A DNA stretch of 64,000 nt. It comes from an uncultured Alphaproteobacteria bacterium (GTDB taxonomy: Bacteria; Pseudomonadota; Alphaproteobacteria; HIMB59; GCA-002718135). The DNA lies in contig CABXSY010000001.1 of assembly GCA_902514875.1 (NCBI GenBank), positions 31,753-95,752 on the forward strand, written 5' to 3'. This document shows, in pieces, positions 61,652 to 64,000 of this stretch. The notes under the pieces are model-generated. The model was not told the DNA's origin and did not search any database. It saw only the letters and a list, made by a program, of their open reading frames with translations. Made by a program: the position numbers and the translations under genes. Numbering within the stretch: the stretch's first letter is position 1; every line of letters starts with the position of its first letter.

Positions 61652-64000
61652 AGACAAGAAGAATAGATAACTATGGAAAAATTAATAGAGATAAAATTTT
61701 ATCCTTTAGGTGGGATAAAAAAAATTACACAGGTTTTGAGGGAGATACACTAGCATCAGCATTACTAGCAAATAAAATCGGTATAGTTGGTAGAAGCTTT
61801 AAATATCATAGACCAAGAGGAATATTTTCTAGTGGAGTCGAGGAATCCGGTGCCTTAGTTACTATTGGTTCAAAAGATAGAAGAGATCCAAATGTAAGAG
61901 CAACAACACAAGAATTATATAATGGTTTGGAAGCAAGTGGTCAAAATGCATTTCCAAATGTAAATTTTGATCTAGCGGGAATAAATAATTACTTAGGTAG
62001 GTTTTTTGCAGCTGGTTTTTATTATAAAACTTTTATGGGAATACCTCCTCTTGAATGGGGTAAAGGAACAGCCATATGGATGTTTTTTGAAAAGTTTATT
62101 AGAAAAGCGGCGGGAATGGGAAGTGCGTCTGGGTTACCTGATCCAGATACTTATGAGCATGCTCATGATTTTTGTGATTTAATTGTTGTAGGATCAGGAC
62201 CTTCTGGTGTTGCAGCTGCAATAGAGGCAGCAGAAAAAAAATTAGATGTTATTTTAGTTGAGCAAGATAGTCTTATTGGAGGAAATCAACTTGCAGAAAA
62301 TGATTTTGATAACTCACAAATTAAAAATCAACTTGAAAATCTAGGCATAAAAATAATGACTAGAACTACTGCATTCGGACTATATGATAATTGCGTTGTT
62401 GGTTTATTAGAGAGAGTAACAGATCATATATCAGCACCAAATTTGAACATTCCACGTCAAAGATTTTGGACTATTAGAGCAAAGCATATAATTGTTGGCG
62501 CTGGAGCAATTGAAAGACATATTGCATTTAATAATAATGATATTCCTGGCGTAATGACTGTAAATGCATCAAAGCATTATTTAAATAGATATGGTGTACT
62601 AACAGGAAAAAGAATTGCAATAGCTACAAATAATGATTCTGTTTATGAAACAGCACATCAATTATCAGAAGCTGGAGCCGATATAACTGTTCTTGATTCA
62701 CGATCTAATTTTGAAATTGAAACAAATAAAAATTTTGAAATTAGAAAAGGGTATGTGCCTTATAATATTAATGGTTCAAAAAAAATTCATAGTTTAGATG
62801 TATCAAAAAGCGAAAATATGAATAAATATGAAACTATAAATTGTGATCAGGTTCTATTATCAGGCGGTTGGTCGCCTGCTGTACATTTGTTATCTCACAG
62901 GGGTGTAAGGCCTAAATGGGATTATAGCAATGCTTGTTTTTTACCGAGTGACTCAAAAGAAAATATTACAATGGTAGGTTCTTCTAGAGGTTTATGGAAT
63001 AAAAATGATTGTATTGCTTCTGGGATAGCAGGAACTACAGATGCGTTGAACCGTTTAGGTATTTCTAAAACAAATTATTTTTTCCCAAAACCTGGTGGAT
63101 GGAAAAATCCCATACAACCACTTTATGAAGTAAAATATAAAAAATCTAGATCAAAAAGTTTTGTAGATTATCAACATGATGTAACGACAGATGACGTAAG
63201 ACTCGCACATCGTGAAGGTTTCATTTCGGTAGAGCATCTTAAAAGATACACAACTTTAGGTATGGCAAACGATCAAGGAAAAATGGGAAATATCATTGGA
63301 TTATCTTTAATGGCTGAACTTTTAAATAAAGAAATTCCAGAAGTTGGAACTACTGTTTTCAGACCTCCTTATACTCCTGTGCCTATAGGTGCCTTAAGCG
63401 GAAGAAATGTTGGAAAGCATTTTAGGCCGTTAAGAGTAACACCAATGCATCAATGGAATATTGATCATGGTGCAAAAATGATTGAAGTTGGATTGTATCA
63501 AAGACCTTGGTATTATCCCAAAGAAAATGAGACTTTAAGTGACTCTTATATAAGAGAAGCATCAACAGTAAGAAAAACAGTTGGAATTTGTGATGTAACA
63601 TCATTAGGCAAAATTGCTATTCAAGGACCAGACTCTACCGAATTTTTAAATAGAATTTATTCGAATGGTTTTTCAAAACTACAAGTTGGAAAAGCTAGAT
63701 ACGGTATCATGTTGCGTGATGACGGTATTGTAATGGATGATGGCACATCTTGGAGATTAGCAGAAAATGAATATTTTATGACGACGTCTACAGGTGAAGC
63801 TGCAAAAGTGATGTCATGGTTAGAAGAATTACTTCAAACTAGATGGACAGATCTTAATGTTAATGTGACTAGTGTTTCTGAACAATGGGCAGGCGTATCA
63901 GTTGCAGGACCTAAATCTAGAGAAGTTCTTAATAATTGTGTTGATGATTCTTTGGTTGTAAATAATAATAACTTACCTTTTATGGGTGTTACTTCAACAT
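61648..64000 (+). CDS. soxA: sarcosine oxidase alpha subunit (5' 784 codons; continues beyond the window)
   Basis: Not in the ORF track because there is no stop in the window. ATG at 61648 overlaps the soxD stop (ATGA). Hand translation gives MKTRRIDNYGKINRDKILSFRWDKKNYTGFEGDTLASALLANKIGIVGRSFKYHRPRG, then CDLIVVGSGPSGVAAA, RPPYTPVPIGAL and GICDVTSLGKIAIQGPD. The frame is open to base 64000. Confidence 0.9.
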   Translation, partial: MKTRRIDNYGKINRDKILSFRWDKKNYTGFEGDTLASALLANKIGIVGRSFKYHRPRGIFSSGVEESGALVTIGSKDRRDPNVRATTQELYNGLEASGQNAFPNVNFDLAGINNYLGRFFAAGFYYKTFMGIPPLEWGKGTAIWMFFEKFIRKAAGMGSASGLPDPDTYEHAHDFCDLIVVGSGPSGVAAAIEAAEKKLDVILVEQDSLIGGNQLAENDFDNSQIKNQLENLGIKIMTRTTAFGLYDNCVVGLLERVTDHISAPNLNIPRQRFWTIRAKHIIVGAGAIERHIAFNNNDIPGVMTVNASKHYLNRYGVLTGKRIAIATNNDSVYETAHQLSEAGADITVLDSRSNFEIETNKNFEIRKGYVPYNINGSKKIHSLDVSKSENMNKYETINCDQVLLSGGWSPAVHLLSHRGVRPKWDYSNACFLPSDSKENITMVGSSRGLWNKNDCIASGIAGTTDALNRLGISKTNYFFPKPGGWKNPIQPLYEVKYKKSRSKSFVDYQHDVTTDDVRLAHREGFISVEHLKRYTTLGMANDQGKMGNIIGLSLMAELLNKEIPEVGTTVFRPPYTPVPIGALSGRNVGKHFRPLRVTPMHQWNIDHGAKMIEVGLYQRPWYYPKENETLSDSYIREASTVRKTVGICDVTSLGKIAIQGPDSTEFLNRIYSNGFSKLQVGKARYGIMLRDDGIVMDDGTSWRLAENEYFMTTSTGEAAKVMSWLEELLQTRWTDLNVNVTSVSEQWAGVSVAGPKSREVLNNCVDDSLVVNNNNLPFMGVTST

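Overview
This is an AT-rich, tightly packed alphaproteobacterial chromosome segment. Many genes overlap by 1-15 nt and only about five spacers exceed 75 nt. Composition, gene order and gene content fit a streamlined SAR11/Pelagibacterales-type genome best. That assignment is inference: no similarity search was run, and all calls rest on motifs read from the translations.

Layout:
(1) 1-4.0 kb: a pyrE fragment, a translationally coupled minus-strand operon (USP / TIGR02186-like protein / small membrane protein / TSUP permease), and a YeiH-type exporter.
(2) 4.1-12.8 kb: an NAD-linked formate dehydrogenase (NuoE/NuoF-like fused FdsB and a Cys-type FdsA). It sits among cofactor genes (mobA, fdhD, mobB, moeA, a TusA-like gene), an orphan TupB-like ABC permease and a tiny lipoprotein ORF.
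(3) 12.8-42.7 kb: the translation/transcription supercluster. Order is tRNA-Thr, rlmB, tRNA-Tyr, tRNA-Gly, tuf, tRNA-Trp, secE, nusG, rplKAJL, rpoBC, rpsLG, fusA, then the S10, spc and alpha operons fused.
(4) 42.7-49.9 kb: crcB, a pseudouridine synthase, lipB, tRNA-Leu, mgtE, gshA, gshB, bioY and a ROK kinase.
(5) 49.9-64 kb: a catabolic island for nitrogen-rich small molecules. It holds gabD-like, an amidinotransferase, eutABC-like genes, a CysK-like PLP enzyme, M20 and M24 hydrolases, a proline-racemase-like gene and soxBDA.

In the island, three genes are each interrupted by one extra A in a poly-A run. I saw no CRISPR array, IS element, prophage, rRNA or obvious defence system. The most interesting material is the island (5). 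Most of the window is ordinary core genome.
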